This document shows, piece by piece, positions 49,001 to 56,508 of a stretch of DNA of 64,000 bases (within the stretch, counting starts at the first letter, position 1; each line of letters opens with the position of its first letter). Origin of the DNA: a virus; IMG/VR virus record IMGVR_UViG_3300032229_000533, positions 32,001-96,000 of that record; one strand, given 5' to 3'. The position numbers were made by a program, and so were the translations under genes. The notes under the pieces were generated by a model, which saw only the letters and a program-made list of their open reading frames with translations, ran no database searches and had not been told where the DNA came from.

Positions 49001-49321
49001 TTCGGTGTTAGTTGGGGTTGGAGTATTGGTATTAGTTGTGGTTGGAGTATTTGTATTAGTTGGTGTAATAGTTGGTGTTGGAGTAATAGTTGGCGTTAAA
49101 CTACTTGTCGGAGTTGGAGTTGGTTCAGGAATGGTAAGTGTGTATGTATAATCATAAGTTGGAACGTAACAATCGTAAGTACCGTAATAATAACTTGATA
49201 GATATGGAAATGGAAAAACTTTAGTACCCAAATCAATGGTACCTCCACTTTGCGGATAATATGTTACATAGGTGGTTTGACCACTTAAATTATCACTTAA
49301 AATTCTTACTCCTAATGCCAT
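46076..49321 (-). CDS. Mucin-like multi-stalk protein with two LamG/ConA-like lectin domains; start revised to 49321
   Basis: Four TP-rich tracts (TPTNTETPT units) and two domains starting LIMQLDA / LVLYYDP...SYxGxGT...DLxG with W...V.V and IYxNG motifs. TATTTAT lies 4 nt before ATG 49321. Confidence 0.8.
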   Translation of the reverse strand: MALGVRILSDNLSGQTTYVTYYPQSGGTIDLGTKVFPFPYLSSYYYGTYDCYVPTYDYTYTLTIPEPTPTPTSSLTPTITPTPTITPTNTNTPTTTNTNTPTPTNTETPTNTPTPSVTIGLTPSETPTNTPTPTETPTNTPTQTLTPTNTQTPTQTPASVILTIESYYSPGSIYAGYGVTASTVLNETITVSFVDQIETSTPPYEILNPVSVTIPFGELTGFTQTVLFDAYLDATQISNFSGITVTQTGTTYTYAFVTGYTYNATPTPTPTNTETPTQTPTPTPTFETQLINPILVGINEYLSVGTDEYLMFVDPMPSPTPTNTETPTQTPTNTETPTPTVTETPTNTPTPTNTETPTNTPTPTNTETPTNTPTVTPTPTNTETPTNTVTPTPTNTETPTNTVTPTNTETPTNTPTVTPTPNIVLSGLIMQLDANKTDSYPGTGTTVFDLTGSYDNTLSGGATFTTLNGVKCFDCSTGTESVQVNGTGPSLPTSGYTYVTWSRIIPSSSGWRSLLRTNNELPILVQVNTDNLGFYDSVFRDSGYDVTPIEDVWTQYAVVGDSTSSIFYINGTQVGTVAYGAGGDIHVMWGNNLLAGQSFGYLANLYFYDRKLSFSEINQMYNFLSPNFIEVTPTPTVTQTPTNTVTQTPTNTTTVTPTTTTTSTPTPTSAATNIFTVRVSEVGPNVVWSGSGSFNLSALSLASSGTNGSAFQALAGIWAIGPSSSVQRYGGASLTGYSTTFGNNLVVPTPISSGSTFGVVSGGVSGRVIIVPSGYTSNTVISGTATYTGATITSMGLTPGTYTWAWGSGANSSSIVMTIENSLVTPTPTTTPTSTPTVTPTNTPTTTTTPTPTSTPNAPVSSNLVLYYDPSNSSSYSGSGTTINDLSGNGLNGTMSNITFTSPYFSFNGTSSQVSVADNILLEPGTGDWTIEFWVNHSVITGASRILIAKTDGGNSADWGYGLRTIANGGTFMEIGNGSTSTTTPSSTLSINTWYQVVGVWTNVASNSLALYINGSLIGSISHSVTSIKNTSSPLYLGSFNGGQFSQWLNGRMGVVRMYNSALTGSQVLQNFNANKSKYGL

Positions 49322-49346
49322 CTTTATAAATATTGAATCGTTATTT

Positions 49347-49916
49347 TTAACATAGACCCACATTTAACACCAAAGTACCACTAATCTGTATAAATCTAGA
49401 ACCATTTGATATTGTGAAGTTTGAGTTTATTGGTGGAATTGTTAACGATGAATTACCAAACACGTTATCACCAGGAACTAAAAGTCCAAATGGTTTTGTT
49501 GTGTATATCGTTACATTTGCTGGATTCGCAAACATATTTGCCGCCTCACAAGCGTTTTGATAATAACCACCGCTCCATAAGTTATAATTAAAAATAACGT
49601 TTGGTGTTGTGCTAGGTGTTGGGGTAGGTGTAGGTGTTACAGGTGTTGGGGTAGGTGTAGGTGTTACAGGTGTTGGGGTAGGTGTAGGTGTTATGGTTGG
49701 TGTAGGAGTGTTTGAAGGGCATAATCCAATGAAAACAACATTAAGTGGTGCCCCATATTCTTCAACCAATATGTCTTTGGCACAAAAATAACTTGTTTGC
49801 AAGGGTTCAACAGGGGTTACACCAATAATATCAGTACATCCCGTCCATCTATAATACCCTTCTTGGACATTATTATAATTTGTTATTCTAAAATAATTAC
49901 AATCTGTTGTATACAT
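49347..49916 (-). CDS. Short Thr-Pro stalk protein with Cys-containing N- and C-domains
   Basis: 189 aa. N-domain DCNYFRITNY...YRWTGCTD resembles the [10 protein letters not shown]...YRRCDD domain, followed by TPTPTPV repeats and a C-domain NACEA...GLC. Confidence 0.75.
   Translation of the reverse strand: MYTTDCNYFRITNYNNVQEGYYRWTGCTDIIGVTPVEPLQTSYFCAKDILVEEYGAPLNVVFIGLCPSNTPTPTITPTPTPTPVTPTPTPTPVTPTPTPTPSTTPNVIFNYNLWSGGYYQNACEAANMFANPANVTIYTTKPFGLLVPGDNVFGNSSLTIPPINSNFTISNGSRFIQISGTLVLNVGLC
49614..49693. repeat. Perfect 27-nt tandem repeat x3
   Basis: aggtgttggggtaggtgtaggtgttac occurs twice, followed by a third copy identical over 26 nt. Confidence 0.9.
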
Positions 49917-49921
49917 TTTTA

Positions 49922-51820
49922 TTACTCAATTAATAGATAATACAAATCATTCGCAGGTATTGTTATTCTACAATTAGGACAATCTGGATTTAATAAATTG
50001 TATTTATTTTTTAATATTTTAAAATTGTGTTTTATTTGTGCTGGATTTAATGGTTCAGTATACATTCTAAATGCACTGATATCTCCAATCATACTACCAC
50101 CAAACAATTCTTCTAATCTAATTTGAGTGGTTAATCCTGAATAAATTGTATTGTCTAAATCATGAGTTGTTAAACACTCTGGGTCTTGTTGATATTGAAG
50201 TCCGCTTAAATCAACTGGACATCCACCTGAAAAAGTTAAGTTGTCGTGAAGACCTTGGGTACCACCACCAATTGAAATGTTATATCCAACACCAATTTGT
50301 TTTTCTTTTTCAACATTTAGTAATCTTGGAATAATTTCTTCAAAGTTTTCCGCAACCATGAATAACTTACCATTAACATAGAACTTAAGAGTACCTAATC
50401 TATACTTTTGTTCTTCAGTCCACATGTCATTAAATGTAACAACTTCAGTCGACGCTGGGTCATAAGGTTGTTCGTGTGTAATTGGTGGCTCAATTAATGA
50501 AACACTCCTACCTTCAATTGTTGCAAAATACACATCTTTAACTAACAACCCTAATCCACCCTTATCATAAAGGTCACAAGTGTCTAACCACTCATATCTT
50601 TGGAATACCGCATCAATTTGAGCCCAATGTTCAACATTTTGATATGTCGTACCAGAACAATCATCAAATATTCCTCTTGTTGAACACCATTCGGTTACCG
50701 ATGTTCCTGTAACATAAGTTATTCCTGTCAAACAAGTTCCAGTACTTTCACACCCTCCTGTTATTCTGTATGTTTTAACACACAATCTTGGGCTACCAGT
50801 ATCCCCACTTAATCTTAATGACAACGCGTTTGAAACCTCATCATACAATGGGTCTTTTTCTGGATATTGGGCTTTGGTTGTACAATCACACGCGCATCCA
50901 CAATTACATGTTGTTATTGTTCCTCCTGATGGTTGATAAACTTGAAGGCATTGTGATGATGTATTTGCACTACTTGCACATCCACAAGTGTGCATACAAG
51001 TTAAACCTGAAGTAACTCTTGTATATCCTGTGTCTTGTTTTGGGCTACCATCGGCATAGTGATAAAATTTATTTTCGGCTCTTGCCCCCATGTAAAAGAA
51101 TGTCCCTTTATTTTCAGGGTATCTAACATTTAAACCAACTGAAGTATTACCAGTCCATCTATATTTTAACATGAACTCTGCAGTCCAACCTAAACTAACT
51201 CTTTCAGGAAAAACTTGATAATCATATCCAGCAAGTTTGTAGAATCCTTGATAGAATCCACCATTTAAAGTTGCAACATATCCAATATCTCCACCAGCGT
51301 TTGTATACGATAAATTATAATCGTATGAACCATCATTCCACAATCTATTTTGTGTTGTTGTAAAACCAGTGATAGGATGAAGTTTCATTCTCCTATCATA
51401 CTTATATCTGCTAAATTTATCAGAAATATTTGTGTATAACCCTGTTGTTACTTGAATAGTCTCTCCTGACATGTTCTGTACCAACCCGTTATCAATACCT
51501 GTCAGTCCAACATCACATAAGTTAGTAACTATGGGACAAAAATTTGGGTCAGTATCAGTTGGGTTCCAATAATTTTCAGAAACAATGGTATCACTACTAA
51601 AAACACAAGGTGAAACCTGACATAATGTGGTACCACTACTATTAAAATCAAATCTGAATGGCATTCTATTACCATCATCCTCACCAATCAATAACGGTGA
51701 AAAGATAACTTCTTGGTCATAATCTTTTTCGTCAGAAGCAAGACATAAGTCGGTCACTTCATTAACAGGTTTTAGACCAAATCTTCTAAAATTATATTGA
51801 TTAATATTTTGATATGCCAT
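49922..51820 (-). CDS. Cys-rich LamG-like structural protein
   Basis: 632 aa with GWTAEF, GTFFYMGARAENKF, GTLKFYVNGKL and IGDISAFRMYTEPLNPAQIKHNF (LamG end motif). It also has a CMHTCGC...CNCGCACDC cluster and an upstream late motif. Confidence 0.6.
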   Translation of the reverse strand: MAYQNINQYNFRRFGLKPVNEVTDLCLASDEKDYDQEVIFSPLLIGEDDGNRMPFRFDFNSSGTTLCQVSPCVFSSDTIVSENYWNPTDTDPNFCPIVTNLCDVGLTGIDNGLVQNMSGETIQVTTGLYTNISDKFSRYKYDRRMKLHPITGFTTTQNRLWNDGSYDYNLSYTNAGGDIGYVATLNGGFYQGFYKLAGYDYQVFPERVSLGWTAEFMLKYRWTGNTSVGLNVRYPENKGTFFYMGARAENKFYHYADGSPKQDTGYTRVTSGLTCMHTCGCASSANTSSQCLQVYQPSGGTITTCNCGCACDCTTKAQYPEKDPLYDEVSNALSLRLSGDTGSPRLCVKTYRITGGCESTGTCLTGITYVTGTSVTEWCSTRGIFDDCSGTTYQNVEHWAQIDAVFQRYEWLDTCDLYDKGGLGLLVKDVYFATIEGRSVSLIEPPITHEQPYDPASTEVVTFNDMWTEEQKYRLGTLKFYVNGKLFMVAENFEEIIPRLLNVEKEKQIGVGYNISIGGGTQGLHDNLTFSGGCPVDLSGLQYQQDPECLTTHDLDNTIYSGLTTQIRLEELFGGSMIGDISAFRMYTEPLNPAQIKHNFKILKNKYNLLNPDCPNCRITIPANDLYYLLIE

Positions 51821-51829
51821 ATTACAATG

Positions 51830-51856
51830 ATAAATACCTTGTGAGCTAGTATTTAT
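51830..51856. promoter_or_regulatory. Divergent late promoters (TATTTAT on both strands)
   Basis: ataaata at 51830..51836 and tatttat at 51850..51856. Confidence 0.55.
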
Positions 51857-51873
51857 AAGATAAAAAAGAAGAG

Positions 51874-52704
51874 ATGATTACAACAGATACAGAATTTTAT
51901 TCATCACCATACTACTTTCTACTAAGAGATAAAGGTAATAAATACTCTTTATACTACTCTGTGGAGGAAAATTTAACAGAAGCTCGTAAAAAAGACGAGG
52001 TAATTCATTTTGAAAAAAGTAAAGGTGATAAGGTTAAAAACCATCTTAAGAAAGTTGCCAAAGAGAAAAAAATTAAAACAACTAAAGGTCTTAAGAAAGA
52101 TTTAGAAGAATTAGTAAATTTAGACGGGGCGTTATCCAACTCTAAAGTTCCAATTCTTGACCCAAGACTTCACCCAATGAAAACAATGGACCAAACCGTT
52201 GCCGCGGCAAGAATAACAAATGACCCTATTTCTCGTGGTTATAGAACATATTACGGTGAATCGGTTGAAGAAGTTAGTGAAATTGATATGTCGGGAGCTT
52301 TTGGTTATGAAGAGACAGAAGATATGGACGGAGCAGAAACTTACAAATATTTAGTTAAAAAGATGGGTATGAACCCTGACGAAGCAAAAGAAAGAACAAA
52401 ACAAAAAGGTCAAGACCCAACAGGTAATAAAGATAAAAAATCAAAATATTATAAAGACAAAAATTTTGTAACAAGAGCAACCTTATCGGAAATTCAAAAA
52501 CAAAAGATGATTAAAGTTGTAGAGGATATATTGATGAATAAAAAAAATTCAGATAATTCTGAAGTTGGTAAAAAAGAAATGGGTAAAAGCATTGATGAAT
52601 TACCATTATTAATTAGAAAGAATTTAAAATCTCTTTTAAATCATGTTGAAAAAAACGGTTATTCAAAAGAAGATTTAATTAAATTAATAAAAAAAGGTGA
52701 ATAA
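51874..52704 (+). CDS. Hypothetical late protein (Lys/Glu-rich, several L/V-x-E motifs)
   Basis: 276-aa ORF after a late motif, containing NLTEARKK, VSEIDM and TLSEIQKQKMIKVVEDIL. Confidence 0.7.
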   Translation: MITTDTEFYSSPYYFLLRDKGNKYSLYYSVEENLTEARKKDEVIHFEKSKGDKVKNHLKKVAKEKKIKTTKGLKKDLEELVNLDGALSNSKVPILDPRLHPMKTMDQTVAAARITNDPISRGYRTYYGESVEEVSEIDMSGAFGYEETEDMDGAETYKYLVKKMGMNPDEAKERTKQKGQDPTGNKDKKSKYYKDKNFVTRATLSEIQKQKMIKVVEDILMNKKNSDNSEVGKKEMGKSIDELPLLIRKNLKSLLNHVEKNGYSKEDLIKLIKKGE

Positions 52705-53164
52705 AAGTTTATACGATAACGAAATAGAATTCCCGTCCGACAAAAGGGAACATATGAAAAAATGTTTTCATATGGTAAAGAATGCGGATGAAAATACTGA
52801 AGGTTATAATAGAAACAAAGAACTTCAATCTCAAAAATTCATTACTTATAAACAATTAAAAAGAATTAAAAACTTTTTTGATACGTTTAAAGGTAACCAC
52901 AAAGAACCTTCATTTATTTTAAATGGTGGTGTTGAAATCAAAAATTGGGTTAATGATGAATTAAGAAAAATGAGAGAGTATGTGAAAAACACCAAAACAA
53001 ATAAAATGAATGCGGGTATGATGAACCAATTTATTGACCCTCACGAAAAAAAAGATTTTACAAATGTAAGACCATCTCAAGAACATTCAAAAACGGTGGA
53101 CAAATATAATCCATCGGTTAATGAAAGTATTAAGAGAATAAATGAACTAATAACAAAAATATAA
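52697..53164 (+). CDS. Hypothetical protein
   Basis: 155-aa ORF overlapping the previous stop, ending SVNESIKRINELITKI. Confidence 0.7.
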   Translation: MNKSLYDNEIEFPSDKREHMKKCFHMVKNADENTEGYNRNKELQSQKFITYKQLKRIKNFFDTFKGNHKEPSFILNGGVEIKNWVNDELRKMREYVKNTKTNKMNAGMMNQFIDPHEKKDFTNVRPSQEHSKTVDKYNPSVNESIKRINELITKI

Positions 53165-53168
53165 AACT

Positions 53169-53462
53169 ATGCCTAGTCAAATTAACGTAGATTTATCTCA
53201 AAACGTACCAAACGCACTTACTGCAGTCGCAGACCAAGAAAGAACTAAATTAATCCCAAAGAATGATTATAATAAAGTCGGCAACGAATATTCTGTAGTT
53301 AATAAAGATGCAGTTGCTGATGGAGACTCTTTAGGTAGAGGAACTGGTTCATTCTTAGATGTGTATAACACGACCGCAGGAACAATTGAAGACGTTGTTG
53401 AAAGAAAAAACGAAATAAAAATTAATAAATTTAACTCGTCAAAAGTATACCCTAATTTCTAA
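53169..53462 (+). CDS. Hypothetical protein
   Basis: 97-aa ORF in a tightly packed operon. Confidence 0.65.
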   Translation: MPSQINVDLSQNVPNALTAVADQERTKLIPKNDYNKVGNEYSVVNKDAVADGDSLGRGTGSFLDVYNTTAGTIEDVVERKNEIKINKFNSSKVYPNF

Positions 53463-53902
53463 TGAAACTTCAAGGAGCATTAAAAGGTCTAATTTGTGAA
53501 ATCGCTTCTTTAGATAGTATTATTGATGCTATTAAAGGTAGAAAGATTGTCGTTATCTATTACGATGGTGATGAACCAGGTGGTAGAGGTTTAAGACAAA
53601 TTGAACCTGTGTGCCTAGGAGTTAGTAAAGCGGGTAATAAAGTTTTAAGAGCGTGGGACAGTGAAGGAGCGTCACATACAGGATATAAAGGAGAACAACC
53701 ATTACCTGGATGGAGACTTTTTAGATTAGATAAAATACTATCAAACAAACCTACAGGTGAGGTTTACAATGAACCTAAACCAGGTTATAATTTTAACGGT
53801 GATAAAAGTATGGTCAGCGTTATAATAAATGCTAAATTTGATAATAATCCTCAAACACCACCAACTCAAACACCACCAACTCAACCTCAAACACCTGAAT
53901 AA
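53462..53902 (+). CDS. Stand-alone WYL-domain protein
   Basis: KIVVIYYDG...RQIEPVCLG...VLRAWD...GWRLFRLDKI. No HTH is present, and there is a C-terminal QTPPT repeat. Confidence 0.75.
   Translation: MKLQGALKGLICEIASLDSIIDAIKGRKIVVIYYDGDEPGGRGLRQIEPVCLGVSKAGNKVLRAWDSEGASHTGYKGEQPLPGWRLFRLDKILSNKPTGEVYNEPKPGYNFNGDKSMVSVIINAKFDNNPQTPPTQTPPTQPQTPE
53851..53884. repeat. 15-nt tandem repeat x2 encoding QTPPT
   Basis: tcaaacaccaccaac tcaaacaccaccaac tcaa. Confidence 0.8.
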
Positions 53903-53918
53903 GAAAATATAACATAAT

Positions 53919-54545
53919 ATGGATAGATTAATGGAAAAATTAGCTTTGTCTAAAGCAATTATGGATAAGGCGGATGGAATTAAAAGTTCAAATTCTATGA
54001 ACGGAGGATTACCACCCACATCATTACAACAATTAAATTCACCTGAAACATTTGATATACCAAATGTAAAATATAATATTCCTGCAGAATTTTTACAGGA
54101 ATCAGAACAAACGCAACAACCTTACCTTTCAAATGTACCAAGAGAAAATACCAAGCCAGTTGGGGTTCCAACAGTAGACGCAATTAAAAATTCTAAATTA
54201 CCTGATGAAATTAAAAGGTTAATGATGGAACACCCTATTGGACAACCTCAACAACAAAGTACTACAATATCTAATGATGTGATTGAAAGAGCATCAAGAT
54301 TAATGAACGCAAACAAAGAAGGATATATCCCTGAATCGGCAAAACCAAAACAACAACCACAATCCTCTGTGTCAGGAATTGACTATAAATTAATTAAAAA
54401 AATGATTAATGAGGCGGTTAATGATGCATTACATGAAAATGGTTTAATAACCGAAAGTTCCGAAAAATCAAACGAAGTTTTTAGTTTTAAAGTTGGTAAA
54501 CATATCTTTGAGGGTAAAGTTACCAAAATTAAAAAATTGTCCTAA
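53919..54545 (+). CDS. Hypothetical protein (Q/P-rich, L/I-x-E motifs)
   Basis: 208 aa with LIKKMINEAVNDALHENGLITES and a C-terminal FSFKVGKHIFEGKV. Confidence 0.7.
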   Translation: MDRLMEKLALSKAIMDKADGIKSSNSMNGGLPPTSLQQLNSPETFDIPNVKYNIPAEFLQESEQTQQPYLSNVPRENTKPVGVPTVDAIKNSKLPDEIKRLMMEHPIGQPQQQSTTISNDVIERASRLMNANKEGYIPESAKPKQQPQSSVSGIDYKLIKKMINEAVNDALHENGLITESSEKSNEVFSFKVGKHIFEGKVTKIKKLS

Positions 54546-54601
54546 CCGCTTTATTTATCACTTATAAATTACTATATTTTTAAAAAATATATTAATTTAT
54601 T

Positions 54602-55810
54602 ATGTCTAAAATCAAAGTATTAGTAGTCCCATCTGATAGAACTGGTGTGGGTAAATTTAGGTCTGTTGACCCTCACGTCTTTTTACAAAATCTTTACGGT
54701 GACGATTTCCACGTAGATATCGTATATGAACCATCATATGATGATATGAATTTTTGGAAAGAATATCAAATAGTTGCATTCCATAGAAGTATTGGTTCTG
54801 ATTTTGATAGAGCCAACAGATTAATTCAAATGTTAAACTCATTAGGGATTATAACTGTTTGCGATATTGATGATTATTGGATGCCAGGCAAAGAACATCC
54901 AATTCATGATATTATTAGAGTTAATAAGATTAACGAAAAAATCATGGCAAACCTTAAGGTTTCAAAATATGTTACAACAACCACAACAATTTTTGCAGAT
55001 GAAATTAAAAAATTAAACAAAAATGTTGTTGTATTCCCTAACGCTATCAATCCTAATGAACCACAATTTAAAGAACCTACACTTGAATCAAACCGATTAA
55101 GGGTTGGTTGGTTAGGTGGTTCTTCTCACTTACATGACCTACAACTATTAGATTTTGGTAGATTAGGTCAATATAACGACAAATTACAATTTGTTTTATG
55201 TGGATTTGATACAAGAGGTACGGTTACTGAAATAAATCAACAAACAGGTGAACAAAAGAAAAGAAACATTTTACCCCATGAAACTGTTTGGGCTCAATAT
55301 GAAAAAATATTCACAAAAAACTTAACAACGGTTTCCGAAGATTATAAAAAATTCTTATTAAATTACACTCAAGAGTCATATCCAAATGAAATGAATGAAC
55401 CTTATTTAAGAGTGTGGACAAAACCTGTTACATCTTATGCTAAGAATTATTCAAAATTTGATGTATCTTTGGCTCCAATTAAAAACCATCTGTTTAATAG
55501 AGTTAAATCACAATTAAAAGTTATTGAGGCTGGTTTCTATAAAAAAGCTGTTATTGCGTCTAACGTTGGACCATACACTATTGATTTAAAACATTGTTTA
55601 AATCATGGTGAATTTGTTGATGGAAATGCAATGTTGGTTGAAGAAAAAAGAAACCATTCTGATTGGTCTAAGTACATTGAAAAATTAATTAAAAACCCAA
55701 ATATGGCAAAAGATATGGGGGAAAGACTATATGAAACAGTTAAAGACAAATATGATTTAAATAACGTAACAAAAGACAGAGCAGAATTTTATAAATCAAT
55801 AATCAAATGA
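54602..55810 (+). CDS. GT-B (GT4-like) glycosyltransferase
   Basis: CDIDDYW, VFPNAI, RVGWLGGSSHLHDL, FDVSLAPI...NRVKSQLKVIEAG...IASNVGPY. Confidence 0.85.
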   Translation: MSKIKVLVVPSDRTGVGKFRSVDPHVFLQNLYGDDFHVDIVYEPSYDDMNFWKEYQIVAFHRSIGSDFDRANRLIQMLNSLGIITVCDIDDYWMPGKEHPIHDIIRVNKINEKIMANLKVSKYVTTTTTIFADEIKKLNKNVVVFPNAINPNEPQFKEPTLESNRLRVGWLGGSSHLHDLQLLDFGRLGQYNDKLQFVLCGFDTRGTVTEINQQTGEQKKRNILPHETVWAQYEKIFTKNLTTVSEDYKKFLLNYTQESYPNEMNEPYLRVWTKPVTSYAKNYSKFDVSLAPIKNHLFNRVKSQLKVIEAGFYKKAVIASNVGPYTIDLKHCLNHGEFVDGNAMLVEEKRNHSDWSKYIEKLIKNPNMAKDMGERLYETVKDKYDLNNVTKDRAEFYKSIIK

Positions 55811-56508
55811 TAAACATACCAATTACCAAATTATTATTTTTAGACATTGAAACCGTAGGTATTCAACCTGATTGGAAATCTCTTGAAGAAAACCGACCTG
55901 AGTTGGCATTCCAATTTCAAAACTATCACGATTGGTTCCAAAAAAGATTCCCTGAAGACGCGGACAAACCTGTTGGTGATATGTTTGTTAATAGAGCAGC
56001 GTTAGTTCCTGAATTTGCAAGAATTGCATGTGTTAGTGTTGCGTTTGTAACCGATAAAGGTGATGTTAAAATGCAATCATTTAGTGACCCTGATGAAAAG
56101 AAACTATTACAGGATGTTCAAAAACTTTTATATAGAGTTGGTGAACTTGGGTTCCATTTATGTGGTCACAATGTGAAAGGATTTGATATTCCAATGATGG
56201 CTAAAAGAATGATTATGAATGGTATTATGCCACCTAAGATTTTACCAGGTCACGACACAAAACCATGGGAAATTAAAGCTTTAGATACTAAAGAGGTATG
56301 GCAATATGGTGGATATGGTTCAATTGCGTCATTAGAACTTATGTGTGTTTGCTTAGGTGTTGAGTCATCTAAAACAATGGAAGTCACAGGTAATAAAGTT
56401 CATGAAGCATTTTGGGATAAAAAAGATATTGAAGGTATTGTAAAATATTGTGAAAAAGATGTGTCAGTATTAATTGATGTAATAAAAAAATTAAACGAAT
56501 TAAAATAA
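55807..56508 (+). CDS. Stand-alone PolB-type 3'-5' exonuclease (DEDDy)
   Basis: FLDIET, GHNVKGFDIP and YCEKDV. Confidence 0.85.
   Translation: MINIPITKLLFLDIETVGIQPDWKSLEENRPELAFQFQNYHDWFQKRFPEDADKPVGDMFVNRAALVPEFARIACVSVAFVTDKGDVKMQSFSDPDEKKLLQDVQKLLYRVGELGFHLCGHNVKGFDIPMMAKRMIMNGIMPPKILPGHDTKPWEIKALDTKEVWQYGGYGSIASLELMCVCLGVESSKTMEVTGNKVHEAFWDKKDIEGIVKYCEKDVSVLIDVIKKLNELK

Noticed and set aside
43233-49150. Dense short repeats that could look like a CRISPR array
   Set aside because: The units are in-frame codons for Thr-Pro tracts within long ORFs. There is no constant repeat with unique spacers and no cas genes.
49322-49363. Track start at 49363 for the LamG stalk protein
   Set aside because: It overlaps the neighbouring gene's end and contains the TATTTAT motif. 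ATG 49321 fits the pattern of other late genes.
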